The notes under the pieces are model-generated. The model did not search any database and was not told where the DNA came from. It saw only the letters and a list, made by a program, of their open reading frames with translations. The translations under genes were made by a program, and so were the position numbers. This document shows, in pieces, positions 54,886-63,676 of a stretch of DNA of 64,000 nt. Within the stretch, counting starts at the first letter, position 1; each line of letters begins with the position of its first letter. This stretch comes from Candidatus Woesearchaeota archaeon. GTDB lineage: Archaea > Nanobdellota > Nanobdellia > SCGC-AAA011-G17 > JACPIM01. The stretch lies in contig CAYWEX010000004.1 of assembly GCA_964457785.1 (NCBI GenBank), positions 258 to 64,257 of the forward strand, read 5' to 3'.

Positions 54886-55113
54886 ATGAAATACGAAATT
54901 AGACCTGGAAAAATATTAAAATTAACTGCGACTACACCTGAAGAAAAGAAAATGCTGGGAAGTTTAGATAAAGACTTGGATGATGCAGCTTATTCTTCAT
55001 CTTATACTTTAAAAAAACTTTCTGCACACAATGAACCAGCTGGAATTAATGAATTAGAATTTGTGATAAGTTCAGAATTTTTAGAAAGACAATCAAAGCA
55101 GGGGAAAAAATAA
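54886..55113 (+). CDS. hypothetical protein
   Basis: 75-aa ORF starting 1 nt after the previous stop. Confidence 0.55.
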   Translation: MKYEIRPGKILKLTATTPEEKKMLGSLDKDLDDAAYSSSYTLKKLSAHNEPAGINELEFVISSEFLERQSKQGKK

Positions 55114-55114
55114 A

Positions 55115-55510
55115 ATGGCACAAACCCCACAGAATGGAAGAGAACTTCAAAGAGTAGAACAAAAAGGTTTGGAAAATTTAGATGTAATTAAAAAATTAGA
55201 AGCAAATTTTAGTCCAGAAGAAGTTTTAATTGGGAAATTTATTTTGTCTTTAAAAGGCTTGTCAGGACTTACTCATAGACTTAAGGGGCATAGTTATAGT
55301 ACTAATGCGGGGCCAGTTAAATTTTATGTCTTAAATGAAGAAGTTCCGCAAAGTTTTTTTGACAAAATGGGTTTCGCAGCAGGCAATTATTTCAAAATAG
55401 AAGGCTTTCAAGAAAGTTTAATTATTCAAGCAGCTAAAAAACTTGGTATTTCTCCTAAACGATATGGACAAATAAAAGATTTTGTTTATGAAAATGAAAC
55501 AGAAATGTAA
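55115..55510 (+). CDS. hypothetical protein
   Basis: 131-aa ORF starting 1 nt after the previous stop. Confidence 0.6.
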   Translation: MAQTPQNGRELQRVEQKGLENLDVIKKLEANFSPEEVLIGKFILSLKGLSGLTHRLKGHSYSTNAGPVKFYVLNEEVPQSFFDKMGFAAGNYFKIEGFQESLIIQAAKKLGISPKRYGQIKDFVYENETEM

Positions 55511-55522
55511 TTTAACAGAAAC

Positions 55523-55532
55523 CTTTATATAC
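55523..55532 (+). promoter_or_regulatory. TATA-box-like element upstream of tuf
   Basis: CTTTATATAC lies about 47-56 nt upstream of the ATG. TAGGAG Shine-Dalgarno-like sequence at 55561-55566. Confidence 0.4.
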
Positions 55533-55578
55533 CAATATTTTAACAAAAATCAAAAAAAGATAGGAGTTTAAATTCAAA

Positions 55579-56865
55579 ATGGCAAGACAAAAACCTCACT
55601 TAAATGTTATATTTGTAGGTCACGTAGACCACGGTAAAAGTACAACTGTTGGTAGATTATTCTATGATGCTGGTGTTATAGATGAGCAGACTATGAGAAA
55701 ATTAAAGGAAAAAGCCCAGGAAGTTGGTAAAGTTGGGTTTGAGTTTGCTTTTGTTATGGATACTTTAGAAGAAGAAAGAAAGAGAGGAGTTACAATAGAT
55801 TTAAACTATAAAAAATTAGTTACAGATAAAAGAGAAGTTACAATTATAGATGCACCAGGTCATAGAGACTTTGTAAAAAATATGATTACTGGTTCTTCAC
55901 AAGCAGATGTTGCTTTTTTAGTTGTTTCTGCTATTGATGGAATTCAAGCCCAGACAAAAGAACATGCTTTGTTAACCAAAACATTAGGTGTAGGTCAAAT
56001 AGCAGTAGCAGTTAATAAAATGGACGTAGTCAAATTTGAAGAAGCTAAATTCAAGAAAATAAAAGATGAAGTTACAGTTTTATTAAAGCAGGTTGGTTAT
56101 AAAGTAGATGATGTAGTTTTCATACCAATTTCAGCATATAAAGGAGATAATGTAGTAAAGAAATCTGAGAATATGCCATGGTATAAAGGACCATCAATCA
56201 AAGAACAATTAGATTTATTTAAAGAACCTGAAAAACCAACTAACTTGCCTTTAAGATTGCCAATACAAGATGTTTACAACATTACTGGTATTGGTGTAGT
56301 TCCAGTTGGTAAAGTTGAAACTGGAGTTATGAAAGTTGGAGACAAAGTAATTATTGTTCCAGCAAGAGAAGGTAAAGGAATTTCAGGAGATGTAAAAACA
56401 ATAGAAATGCATCATGAACAAGTTCAGTTAGCTGAACCTGGTGACAATATTGGTTTTAATGTAAGAGGCATCACAAAAAAAGATATTGCAAGAGGAGATG
56501 TTCTTGGTCATGTAGACAAAGTTCCTCATGTAATTCCAAAAGATGCAGAATTTACAGCACAAATTATAGTAATTAATCACCCTACTGTTTTAACAGCAGG
56601 ATACACACCAGTATTCCACGTGCACACAGCACAAGTTGCTTGTCAAATAATAAAGATTGTAAGGAAATTAGATCCTACAACTGGTGCAGTAGTGCAAGAA
56701 AATCCTGATTTCTTGAAAAATGGGGAAGCAGCAATTATAAAATGCAAGCCAACAAAACCCTTGGTTATTGAAAAGCAGAAAGAAATTCCTCATATGGCAA
56801 GATTCGCTATAAGAGATGCAGGTGCAACTGTTGCAGTTGGTATGTGCATAGATTACACCCAGTAA
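55579..56865 (+). CDS. tuf: translation elongation factor EF-1alpha (aEF1A)
   Basis: G1 [10 protein letters not shown]3 DAPGHRDF, G4 NKMD. 428 aa with full-length domains II and III. Confidence 0.97.
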   Translation: MARQKPHLNVIFVGHVDHGKSTTVGRLFYDAGVIDEQTMRKLKEKAQEVGKVGFEFAFVMDTLEEERKRGVTIDLNYKKLVTDKREVTIIDAPGHRDFVKNMITGSSQADVAFLVVSAIDGIQAQTKEHALLTKTLGVGQIAVAVNKMDVVKFEEAKFKKIKDEVTVLLKQVGYKVDDVVFIPISAYKGDNVVKKSENMPWYKGPSIKEQLDLFKEPEKPTNLPLRLPIQDVYNITGIGVVPVGKVETGVMKVGDKVIIVPAREGKGISGDVKTIEMHHEQVQLAEPGDNIGFNVRGITKKDIARGDVLGHVDKVPHVIPKDAEFTAQIIVINHPTVLTAGYTPVFHVHTAQVACQIIKIVRKLDPTTGAVVQENPDFLKNGEAAIIKCKPTKPLVIEKQKEIPHMARFAIRDAGATVAVGMCIDYTQ

Positions 56866-56869
56866 TCTT

Positions 56870-56882
56870 ATTTTTTATTTTT
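56870..56882 (+). terminator. oligo-T tract downstream of tuf
   Basis: TTTTTTATTTTTT begins 5 nt after the tuf stop. Oligo-T is the usual archaeal termination signal. Confidence 0.45.
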
Positions 56883-56883
56883 T

Positions 56884-56912
56884 GGTTAAGCTTTTTTCTT
56901 AAAAAAAGTTAA
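56884..56912. repeat. copy C of the recurrent quasi-palindromic intergenic motif
   Basis: GTTAAGCTTTTTTCTTAAAAAAAGTTAAA, immediately followed by GGAG and the ATG at 56928. Confidence 0.5.
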
Positions 56913-56927
56913 AGGAGAATTAAAAAA

Positions 56928-57278
56928 ATGACAACTTTAGTACTAGAAAAACAATTAGAAATTGAAATACCTGTTTCAGATAAAGAAACAAGATTGCCAA
57001 ATCAAGATATAAAAATAACTCCAGCATATGCAGAGAGAATTGCAAGAAGATTTGGAATTGACTTGAAAAAAGTTGGTTTACCAAATTATACTGATAATCA
57101 TGAAGAAGAGTTTTCTTATTTAAGAGGGTTCACAAATCTTGAAATTAAAGAAGTAAATGTTAATGGTAGAAAAAGAAAAGTAATGACAGGTACATATGTT
57201 GTGCAAACTTTCGTACCAACAATTGATAACAGAGTAATAAGTCTAGCTCCTGAAAGTTTTTATTTTATTGCTGATTAA
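56928..57278 (+). CDS. hypothetical protein (inserted between tuf and rps10)
   Basis: 116-aa ORF with GGAG 11 nt upstream. Confidence 0.6.
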   Translation: MTTLVLEKQLEIEIPVSDKETRLPNQDIKITPAYAERIARRFGIDLKKVGLPNYTDNHEEEFSYLRGFTNLEIKEVNVNGRKRKVMTGTYVVQTFVPTIDNRVISLAPESFYFIAD

Positions 57279-57280
57279 AT

Positions 57281-57553
57281 ATGGCACAAATAAAGTTACC
57301 AAAAAGATATGACTTAGAACAAGGAATAGATTTCATAAATAGTTTTGCAGTAGATTGGTCTCCAATAAGAGATATTTTGCCTCATTTTCATGACAATACA
57401 AAAGAAAAGTATTTTGAAGATCTTGAAAGCAGATTAAAATATGACGGTTCTGATGTAGTTGTTATTACTGGAAAATACATTGTAAAAAGCCCAGAAAGCT
57501 ATACTCCTTTTTCTGTTGAAGGCAAATTAGTAAAAAAAGTCCAAAAGCAATAG
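57281..57553 (+). CDS. hypothetical protein (inserted between tuf and rps10)
   Basis: 90-aa ORF starting 2 nt after the previous stop. Confidence 0.55.
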   Translation: MAQIKLPKRYDLEQGIDFINSFAVDWSPIRDILPHFHDNTKEKYFEDLESRLKYDGSDVVVITGKYIVKSPESYTPFSVEGKLVKKVQKQ

Positions 57554-57585
57554 ATTTATAAATTTCTTATTTTTCCTTTATTTCT

Positions 57586-57894
57586 ATGGGTAAAGCTAGA
57601 ATTAACTTAGCTAGTATTGAGATAAGTAAGTTAAATCAAATTTGTGAAGCTATTAAAGACATAGCAACTAAAACAAAAGTAGATATTTCTGGCCCAGTTC
57701 CTCTGCCTACAAAGAGATTAAAGCATACAGTAAGAAAAACTCCTTGTGGTTCTGGTAAAGCTTCTTTTGACAATTTTGAAATGAGAATTCATAAAAGAGT
57801 TATTGATCTTGGTGTAAATGAAAGAGCACTAAGATTAGTCATGAGAGTTCCTATACCTGAAAACGTGCAAATCCAGATTGAAATGTTTGAGTAA
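57586..57894 (+). CDS. rps10: 30S ribosomal protein uS10
   Basis: ARINLAS...GPVPLPTKRLKHTVRKTPCGSGKASFDNFEMRIHKRVIDL. TATA-like GATTTATAAAT about 25-30 nt upstream. Confidence 0.93.
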   Translation: MGKARINLASIEISKLNQICEAIKDIATKTKVDISGPVPLPTKRLKHTVRKTPCGSGKASFDNFEMRIHKRVIDLGVNERALRLVMRVPIPENVQIQIEMFE

Positions 57895-57900
57895 TTTTTT
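57895..57900 (+). terminator. oligo-T tract immediately after the rps10 stop
   Basis: The TAA stop is followed by TTTTTT. Confidence 0.4.
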
Positions 57901-58008
57901 CGTGAGCTGTTAAGTTAGAGTCAGTGGTATTCTCAAAAAATTCTTTTGTAGCATCCTAAAATTATTTCAATAGATTTAAATAAAATTTAAAACTATATAG
58001 GAATTAAA

Positions 58009-58764
58009 ATGAAATATGAAGAAAAAGAGGCAGCTGAAAAATACAATGTTCTTGCAAAGTTCTATCATAATTGGAGAGTTAAGAAAAGCAGATATGGTTG
58101 GTTTTATAATGAATTGCTAGAAATGCCTGCAACACTTTCTTTGCTTGGTAATGTTAAAGGGAAGAAGATACTAGACTTTGGGTGCGGTTCTGGAATTTAT
58201 GCGAAACTTCTTACTAAAAGAGGAGCAAAAGTAAAGGGATTTGACATATCTAAAAATATGCTTGCTATAGCTAAAAGAGAAAATCCAAAATTAGATTTAA
58301 GATTAGGATCTGGTTATAAAATTCCATTTAAAGAAAAGTTTGATATTGTTCAAGGATCTTTAGTTCTTGATTATTTAAAAAATTGGGATAAGGTCTTTAA
58401 GGAAGTTAAAAAAGTATTGAATAAAAAAGGAATTTTCGTTTTCTCAATTGGAAATCCAGTTTCCGAAGTTACTAAAAAGGTTTTTATTAACGGGAAAAAG
58501 TTAAGAGTTTTAGGGATCAATAACTATTTCGAGGAAAAGATTAATTATGCATATTGGTTTGCCAAAAATGGACCAAGAGTTCAAATGCCTAGCCACCATA
58601 AAACTTACGAAACCATTATTAAAACAATACTGAGAAATGGTTTTGAGATCATTGGATATAAAGATGCATTTCCTTCTAAATTAGGCAAGAAATATTTTCC
58701 AAGAGATTATGCCATATTCTCTAAAATTCCTTATTTTTGTGTATGGAGTGTTAGGAAGAAATAA
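58009..58764 (+). CDS. class I SAM-dependent methyltransferase
   Basis: ILDFGCGSGIY motif I, DIS motif II, FDIVQGSLVL. Confidence 0.85.
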   Translation: MKYEEKEAAEKYNVLAKFYHNWRVKKSRYGWFYNELLEMPATLSLLGNVKGKKILDFGCGSGIYAKLLTKRGAKVKGFDISKNMLAIAKRENPKLDLRLGSGYKIPFKEKFDIVQGSLVLDYLKNWDKVFKEVKKVLNKKGIFVFSIGNPVSEVTKKVFINGKKLRVLGINNYFEEKINYAYWFAKNGPRVQMPSHHKTYETIIKTILRNGFEIIGYKDAFPSKLGKKYFPRDYAIFSKIPYFCVWSVRKK

Positions 58765-58798
58765 AAATAACAGCTAATTTTTTAGATAAATTTAATAA

Positions 58799-58876
58799 CA
58801 CAAAACAGGAATAATTAATGTAAATTTTGATGAAAATAAAGTAAATATAGAAAAACTGGGGTATAAAGTAGAATGA
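58799..58876 (+). pseudogene. relic of a small HMA (CopZ-like) gene
   Basis: A startless 25-codon frame HKTGIINVNFDENKVNIEKLGYKVE resembles [18 protein letters not shown]...AGYEV of the CopA HMA domain. Its TGA overlaps the ATG of the next gene (ATGA). Confidence 0.35.
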
Positions 58877-60201
58877 CGGAAAAAATAGAAGTACAAATCT
58901 CTGGTATGACTTGTAATAGCTGTGAAGTTCTTTTAGAGCAAAAATTCAAGGAAATTAAAGGAGTATTAAAAGCAAAAGTAAATCATAAAAAAGGAATAGC
59001 AGTATTAACATGTGAAGAAATTCCTACCATAGATAAAATAAATCAAGCGTTAAAAGATACAAAATATAAAATTTCATCAAAAGATAATAATGATAGCACT
59101 AGTATAAAAATAAAAAGAGAGCACTTGGAAATTGGGGCTATTTTTTTAATAATAATTGCTCTTTATATAATTCTTAAACAAATTGATATTCTGCCAAATT
59201 TTAATATCTCTGATAATGTTAGTTATGGTCTGGCTTTTTTAATTGGTTTAGTTGCAGCATTTTCAACATGCATGGCAGTTTCAGGGGGGTTATTATTGGC
59301 AGTTTCAACAAAATACAATGAACTAAATCCAGATTTAACTCCAAAGCAAAAATTAAAACCCCATATTTATTTTAATTTGGGAAGAATTATTTCATATACC
59401 TTATTGGGAGGATTGCTTGGTTTATTGGGTTCTGTAATTAGTCTTTCTCCAAAACTTACTAGCATTATTACAATTTTAGCCAGTTTGATAATGATTTTCT
59501 TGGGTTTTGAAATGCTAAATATATTTAAAATTAAAATTTTCAGCATACCAAAATTTATTTCTCATAAAATTCTGGACTCTTCAAAAAATAATTCAAAATC
59601 AGCTCCGTTTTTATTTGGATTTTCAACATTTTTCTTGCCTTGCGGATTTACTCAAGCCCTGCAGCTATATGTTTTAAGCCAGGGGAGTTTTTTAGTTGGT
59701 GCCTTAACTATGCTGTCTTTTTCACTTGGCACATTGCCTGGAATTTTTTCAATAGGAGCTATATCAAGCTTTTCAGCAGGGAATTTTAAAAAGCATTTTG
59801 TAAAATTTGTTGGTGTTCTTGTCATTCTGTTAGGATTTTTCAACATTAGTTCTGGTTTTACTTTAGCAAGTACAAGTTTTGATTTTTCAGACAACAACAT
59901 AGTTACTGGAGATATAATAAAAGACGTTGATGCAAAACAAGTTGTTGAAATGAAAGTAGAAGGCCTTGATTATTATCCTTCTTCATTTAATATAAAAAAA
60001 GGAGTTCCAGTAGAATGGAAAATTGATGGAAGCCAAGCCCAAGGTTGTGCTCAAATACTATCAGTTCCAAAATTAGGCATAATGGAACAACTTCCAAGAG
60101 ATAAAATAAAAACAATTACTTTCACTCCTAAAAGTGAAGGCACAATAAAGTTCAGCTGTTCAATGGGGATGGCTGGCCCGGGATTATTTAAAGTTTCATG
60201 A
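58873..60201 (+). CDS. HMA domain - DsbD_2/TauE-like membrane domain - cupredoxin-like domain fusion protein
   Basis: N-terminal GMTCNSC. Six or more TM helices with STCMAVSGG and FFLPCGFTQ. C-terminal beta-rich domain ending GCAQ...FSCSMGM. Confidence 0.8.
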   Translation: MTEKIEVQISGMTCNSCEVLLEQKFKEIKGVLKAKVNHKKGIAVLTCEEIPTIDKINQALKDTKYKISSKDNNDSTSIKIKREHLEIGAIFLIIIALYIILKQIDILPNFNISDNVSYGLAFLIGLVAAFSTCMAVSGGLLLAVSTKYNELNPDLTPKQKLKPHIYFNLGRIISYTLLGGLLGLLGSVISLSPKLTSIITILASLIMIFLGFEMLNIFKIKIFSIPKFISHKILDSSKNNSKSAPFLFGFSTFFLPCGFTQALQLYVLSQGSFLVGALTMLSFSLGTLPGIFSIGAISSFSAGNFKKHFVKFVGVLVILLGFFNISSGFTLASTSFDFSDNNIVTGDIIKDVDAKQVVEMKVEGLDYYPSSFNIKKGVPVEWKIDGSQAQGCAQILSVPKLGIMEQLPRDKIKTITFTPKSEGTIKFSCSMGMAGPGLFKVS

Positions 60202-60596
60202 AAAAATTAAAAAAATTTTTAATTTTAATTTGTATTCTGGGGATACTTGCAACTTCTTACTTAATCTATACAAGATATTCCTCAAATGCAATTTGTAATA
60301 TAAATAGTTATTTTTCATGTTCCATAGTCAATGAAAGTGTATATTCAACCCTATTTAATATCCCATTGTCAATTTTAGGCTTAATTTACTTTATTATAAT
60401 ATTATTTTTAGTAAAAAAATCTGATAAAAATATAAAATATCTCAAATTTGCAGGTTTTTTAACAACACCAGTTTTAATTTATTCCTTATATTTGACTTAT
60501 GTTGAAATTGCGATTCTTAAAACAGTTTGCTTAGTTTGCGAACTTACAAAAATACTAATGCTTGTGATTATTATTTCAGCATTTAGAAATATTTAA
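60198..60596 (+). CDS. vitamin K epoxide reductase (VKOR) family membrane protein
   Basis: Loop cysteines CNINSYFSC, SVYS, and a CLVC redox motif in the last helix. Four TM helices. Confidence 0.75.
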   Translation: MKKLKKFLILICILGILATSYLIYTRYSSNAICNINSYFSCSIVNESVYSTLFNIPLSILGLIYFIIILFLVKKSDKNIKYLKFAGFLTTPVLIYSLYLTYVEIAILKTVCLVCELTKILMLVIIISAFRNI

Positions 60597-60604
60597 ATAT
60601 ACAA

Positions 60605-60625
60605 ATATATCAAAATCTGATATAT
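60605..60625. promoter_or_regulatory. candidate operator ATATATCA-AAATC-TGATATAT at the copA start
   Basis: Perfect 8-bp inverted arms with a 5-nt spacer. Lies between the TATA-like TTTAAATATA (60592-60601) and the copA ATG (60624), overlapping that ATG. Confidence 0.6.
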
Positions 60626-63035
60626 GGTAAAAAAGAAGATATTAAAAATAAAGGGGATGCATTGTGCTAGTTGCGCAAATATAATAGAAAATAAGTTAAA
60701 AAAAGTTCCTGGTGTAATTAATGCTTCTGTAAATTTTGCAACTGAAAAAGCAGCAGTTGAGCATCAGGAGGGTGTAGATGAAGAAGTTCTAAATCTTGCA
60801 GTAAAAAGGGCAGGTTATGAAGTTATAGAATCAGAAGAGAAACATGGCTTATTGAGATTAAAAGTAATTGGAATGGACAATGAGCATTGCATTTTAACAG
60901 TAAAAGATGCCTTGTCTAAGTTCAAAGATTATTTAGTAGATGTAAAATTAAATCAAAATGAAAAAGCTGAAATAAGATATAATCCTGAAAAGATTTCTTC
61001 TTTGGAAATAAAAAAAGCAATTAAAGCATCAGGTTATGAATCTATAGAAGAAACATCTTTAGACAGAGAAAAAGAAATCAGAGAAACTGAAATTAAAAAA
61101 TTAAAATTCTTATTTATATTTTCTTTGGTTTTGACAATTCCTTTGGTAATTTTGGCATTCCCGGAGTTTTTCAAAATAGATTTCAAATACAGGGAATTTG
61201 TTCTTTTAATTTTATCCACCCCAATACAATTTTTTGTTGGTTATAGATTCTATAGAAGCGCATTTACAACTTTATTGGTGAAAAATGCAAACATGGATAC
61301 ATTAATTGTTCTTGGAACAAGTGCTGCTTATTTCTATAGTTTATTAGTAGTTCTATTTCCAACTTTTTTCAACACAAAAGATTTGTATTTTGATATTGGG
61401 GCTGTAATAATTACATTCATTATTTTGGGAAAATGGCTTGAAGCAAAAGCAAAGGGAAAAGCATCAGAAGCAATTAAAAAATTAATTGGTTTGCAGCCAA
61501 AAACAGCAACAGTAATTAGAAATAATAAAGAAATGGAAATTCCAATAGAAGAAGTCCAGATTAATGATTTAATTTCAATAAAGCCAGGTGAAAAAATTCC
61601 AGTTGACGGCATAGTCATTAAAGGTGATTCTTCAGTAGACGAATCAATGATAACAGGAGAAAGCATTCCAGTTGAAAAAAGAATTAAGGATAATATAATC
61701 GGCGGTACAATAAACAAGCACGGTCATCTTATTTTTAAGGCAACCAAAATAGGAAAAGATACTGTCTTAAGCCAGATAATACAATTAGTGGAAGAAGCCC
61801 AGGGAAGCAAAGCACCCATTCAAAGATTGGCAGATATAATCTCAAAATATTTCGTAATTGGCGTACTACTTATTGGTTTCTTGACATTTTTCACATGGTT
61901 TTTTATTGCACAAAAGGAATTCACATTTGCCTTGTCAGCATTTATAGCTGTTTTGATTATAGCCTGTCCATGTTCTTTAGGATTGGCAACACCAACAGCA
62001 ATTATAGTGGGAACAGGAAAAGCTGCAGAAAAAGGAATCTTAATTAAAAACGCAGAAGTTCTTGAAATAATACATAAAGCAGATACAATTGTTTTAGATA
62101 AAACAGGAACTCTTACAAAAGGAGAGCCAGAAGTAACAGAAATAATTCCAGTAAATAATTATTCAAAAGAAGATGTCTTGAAATTTGCAGCTAGTTTGGA
62201 AATAAAATCCGAGCACCCGTTAGCAGAAGCTATTGTAAAAAAAGCAAAACTACAGGGTCTTGAAATAGAAGAAACAAAAAGTTTCAAGGCCATTCCAGGT
62301 CAAGGAGTAATAGGAAATATAGGAATTAGAAAAGCATACATCGGAAACAGGAAATTAATGTATGAAAATAATGTTTCATTGAAAAAAGAAGAGGAAATAA
62401 TTACTGGTTTGGAAAATAATGGAAAAACAATAATGATTCTGGCAGTAAATAAAAGAGTTGCCGGAATAATCTCTTTAGCAGACACTTTAAAAGAAAACTC
62501 TAAAGAAGCTGTTGAGACTTTCTATAAATTAGGTAAAGATGTAATAATGATAACAGGAGATAATGAAAGAACTGCCAGAGCAATATCTGATTTAGTTGGT
62601 ATTAAAAAAGTACTTGCCAGCGTTTTACCAGAAAATAAAGCCCTGGAAGTAAAAAAACTCCAGTCTATGCACAAAAAAGTTATTTTTGTTGGTGACGGCA
62701 TAAATGATGCTCCCGCTCTGGCTCAAGCTGATGTTGGTATTGCAATAGGTTCAGGAACAGATGTAGCTCTGGAAACAGGAAGCATTGTTTTAATGAAAAA
62801 TGATTTACGAGATGTGGCAGTTGCAATAAAATTATCAGAAAAAACCTTAAAAAAAATAAAACAAAATCTCTTCTGGGCTTTCTTCTATAATACAGCAGGA
62901 ATTCCAATAGCGGCAGGTATTTTATTTCCGTTTACAGGCTTTTTGCTAAATCCAATGATAGCTGCGGCTGCAATGGCCTTTTCATCAGTATCTGTAGTTT
63001 CAAACTCATTATTATTGAAATTATACAAGCCTTAA
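60624..63035 (+). CDS. copA: copper-translocating P1B-type ATPase
   Basis: HMA GMHCASC plus a second degenerate HMA (GMDNEHC). [28 protein letters not shown]. Confidence 0.97.
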   Translation: MVKKKILKIKGMHCASCANIIENKLKKVPGVINASVNFATEKAAVEHQEGVDEEVLNLAVKRAGYEVIESEEKHGLLRLKVIGMDNEHCILTVKDALSKFKDYLVDVKLNQNEKAEIRYNPEKISSLEIKKAIKASGYESIEETSLDREKEIRETEIKKLKFLFIFSLVLTIPLVILAFPEFFKIDFKYREFVLLILSTPIQFFVGYRFYRSAFTTLLVKNANMDTLIVLGTSAAYFYSLLVVLFPTFFNTKDLYFDIGAVIITFIILGKWLEAKAKGKASEAIKKLIGLQPKTATVIRNNKEMEIPIEEVQINDLISIKPGEKIPVDGIVIKGDSSVDESMITGESIPVEKRIKDNIIGGTINKHGHLIFKATKIGKDTVLSQIIQLVEEAQGSKAPIQRLADIISKYFVIGVLLIGFLTFFTWFFIAQKEFTFALSAFIAVLIIACPCSLGLATPTAIIVGTGKAAEKGILIKNAEVLEIIHKADTIVLDKTGTLTKGEPEVTEIIPVNNYSKEDVLKFAASLEIKSEHPLAEAIVKKAKLQGLEIEETKSFKAIPGQGVIGNIGIRKAYIGNRKLMYENNVSLKKEEEIITGLENNGKTIMILAVNKRVAGIISLADTLKENSKEAVETFYKLGKDVIMITGDNERTARAISDLVGIKKVLASVLPENKALEVKKLQSMHKKVIFVGDGINDAPALAQADVGIAIGSGTDVALETGSIVLMKNDLRDVAVAIKLSEKTLKKIKQNLFWAFFYNTAGIPIAAGILFPFTGFLLNPMIAAAAMAFSSVSVVSNSLLLKLYKP

Positions 63036-63433
63036 TTCTTATAATTCTTGGCGCAATACTTACAGCAAAAATAAAGTACTTTACTTCCTATCTTTTCCTT
63101 ATATTCTCCATCAATTAACTTGCATCCGCAGCTTATGCAGATTTTTATTTTCCTGTCAAATTCAATTAAATTTGCAAATTTGTCAATTAATTTCTTAGTA
63201 AAGATTCTTCCATCTTTAGTTAAATTATATGCTTTCTTCTCTCTTGTGCCTTTTTCCTTAAGTTCAATTATTTTGTTTTTCTTTAAAGTTTCTAAAAAAG
63301 GATAAACATGGCTCGCGCTTATTTTTTTCCCAGTACATATTTCTAGTTGCTTAATTAATTCATAGCCGTGCATTGGTTTTTTGTACAATAATAAAAGAGT
63401 GTAAAATTTGATTAAATTAGTTATTTTTATCAT
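63032..63433 (-). CDS. PadR-like winged-helix regulator fused to a TRASH metal-binding domain
   Basis: [13 protein letters not shown]...[16 protein letters not shown] (PadR pattern). C-terminal CISC-x20-CCKYC fits the TRASH pattern Cx2C-x(19-22)-Cx3C. Confidence 0.8.
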   Translation of the reverse strand: MIKITNLIKFYTLLLLYKKPMHGYELIKQLEICTGKKISASHVYPFLETLKKNKIIELKEKGTREKKAYNLTKDGRIFTKKLIDKFANLIEFDRKIKICISCGCKLIDGEYKEKIGSKVLYFCCKYCAKNYKN

Positions 63434-63436
63434 ACT

Positions 63437-63448
63437 TAACTATAGTTA
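63437..63448. promoter_or_regulatory. 12-bp perfect palindrome TAACTATAGTTA (copy 2)
   Basis: Begins 4 nt upstream of the PadR-TRASH ATG and lies downstream of a minus-strand TATA-like CTATATAAAG. Identical to 51705-51716. Confidence 0.4.
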
Positions 63449-63479
63449 TGGAAATCTTTATATAGTTTTTCATATTATG

Positions 63480-63500
63480 ATATATCAGAAATTGATATAT
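63480..63500. promoter_or_regulatory. candidate operator ATATATCA-GAAAT-TGATATAT in the regulator's divergent region
   Basis: Same perfect 8-5-8 palindrome arms as at 60605-60625. Confidence 0.6.
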
Positions 63501-63524
63501 AGTGAAAATATTGGGGGCTGAAAA

Positions 63525-63674
63525 ATGATATTTGAAGAAGATTGGGACGAAGAAGACAATGTTTACAAAAGAGCAATGAGGGCTTTATTATTAGAAGATG
63601 ATGAAATAGACGAATTTGAAGATGCTTTTATGGAAGGATATAGTGATGAAAGCCGTGATTGTGAGGACAAATAA
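63525..63674 (+). CDS. 49-aa highly acidic hypothetical protein
   Basis: GGGGG lies 7 nt upstream of the ATG: MIFEEDWDEEDNVYKRAMRALLLEDDEIDEFEDAFMEGYSDESRDCEDK. Below the track cutoff. Confidence 0.45.
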   Translation: MIFEEDWDEEDNVYKRAMRALLLEDDEIDEFEDAFMEGYSDESRDCEDK

Positions 63675-63676
63675 AT

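Noticed and set aside
53629-55510. Orphan-gene block next to the tRNA as an integrated mobile element.
   Set aside because: No integrase, no direct repeat of the tRNA 3' end that I could find, and the block lies on the 5' side of the tRNA rather than at its 3' end.
58741-58798. Extending the HMA relic upstream into the methyltransferase 3' end via an alternative-frame CMEC (CxxC-like) tetrapeptide.
   Set aside because: That frame contains stop codons, and the spacing to the downstream HMA-like segment does not fit an HMA domain. The methyltransferase frame is intact, so the match is probably coincidental.
3028-63305. Remaining short track ORFs lying antisense or out of frame within confident genes: 3028-3243, 3511-3693, 3874-4074, 4856-5107, 5159-5410, 5622-5852, 5816-5998, 6377-6583, 8463-8678, 10992-11180, 11214-11411, 12474-12698, 12817-13068, 13130-13513, 14344-14562, 14759-14947, 16029-16265, 18974-19219, 21877-22089, 22166-22408, 23452-23640, 27451-27850, 29093-29305, 30641-30964, 31854-32060, 32701-32886, 32940-33128, 41817-42050, 45275-45526, 48576-48887, 50766-50960, 52448-52711, 52740-53061, 53313-53534, 59652-59900, 61034-61717, 62300-62907 and 63120-63305.
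   Set aside because: Each is fully or almost fully nested in a longer ORF with recognisable protein motifs on the other strand or frame. Their translations are low-complexity or hydrophobic noise.
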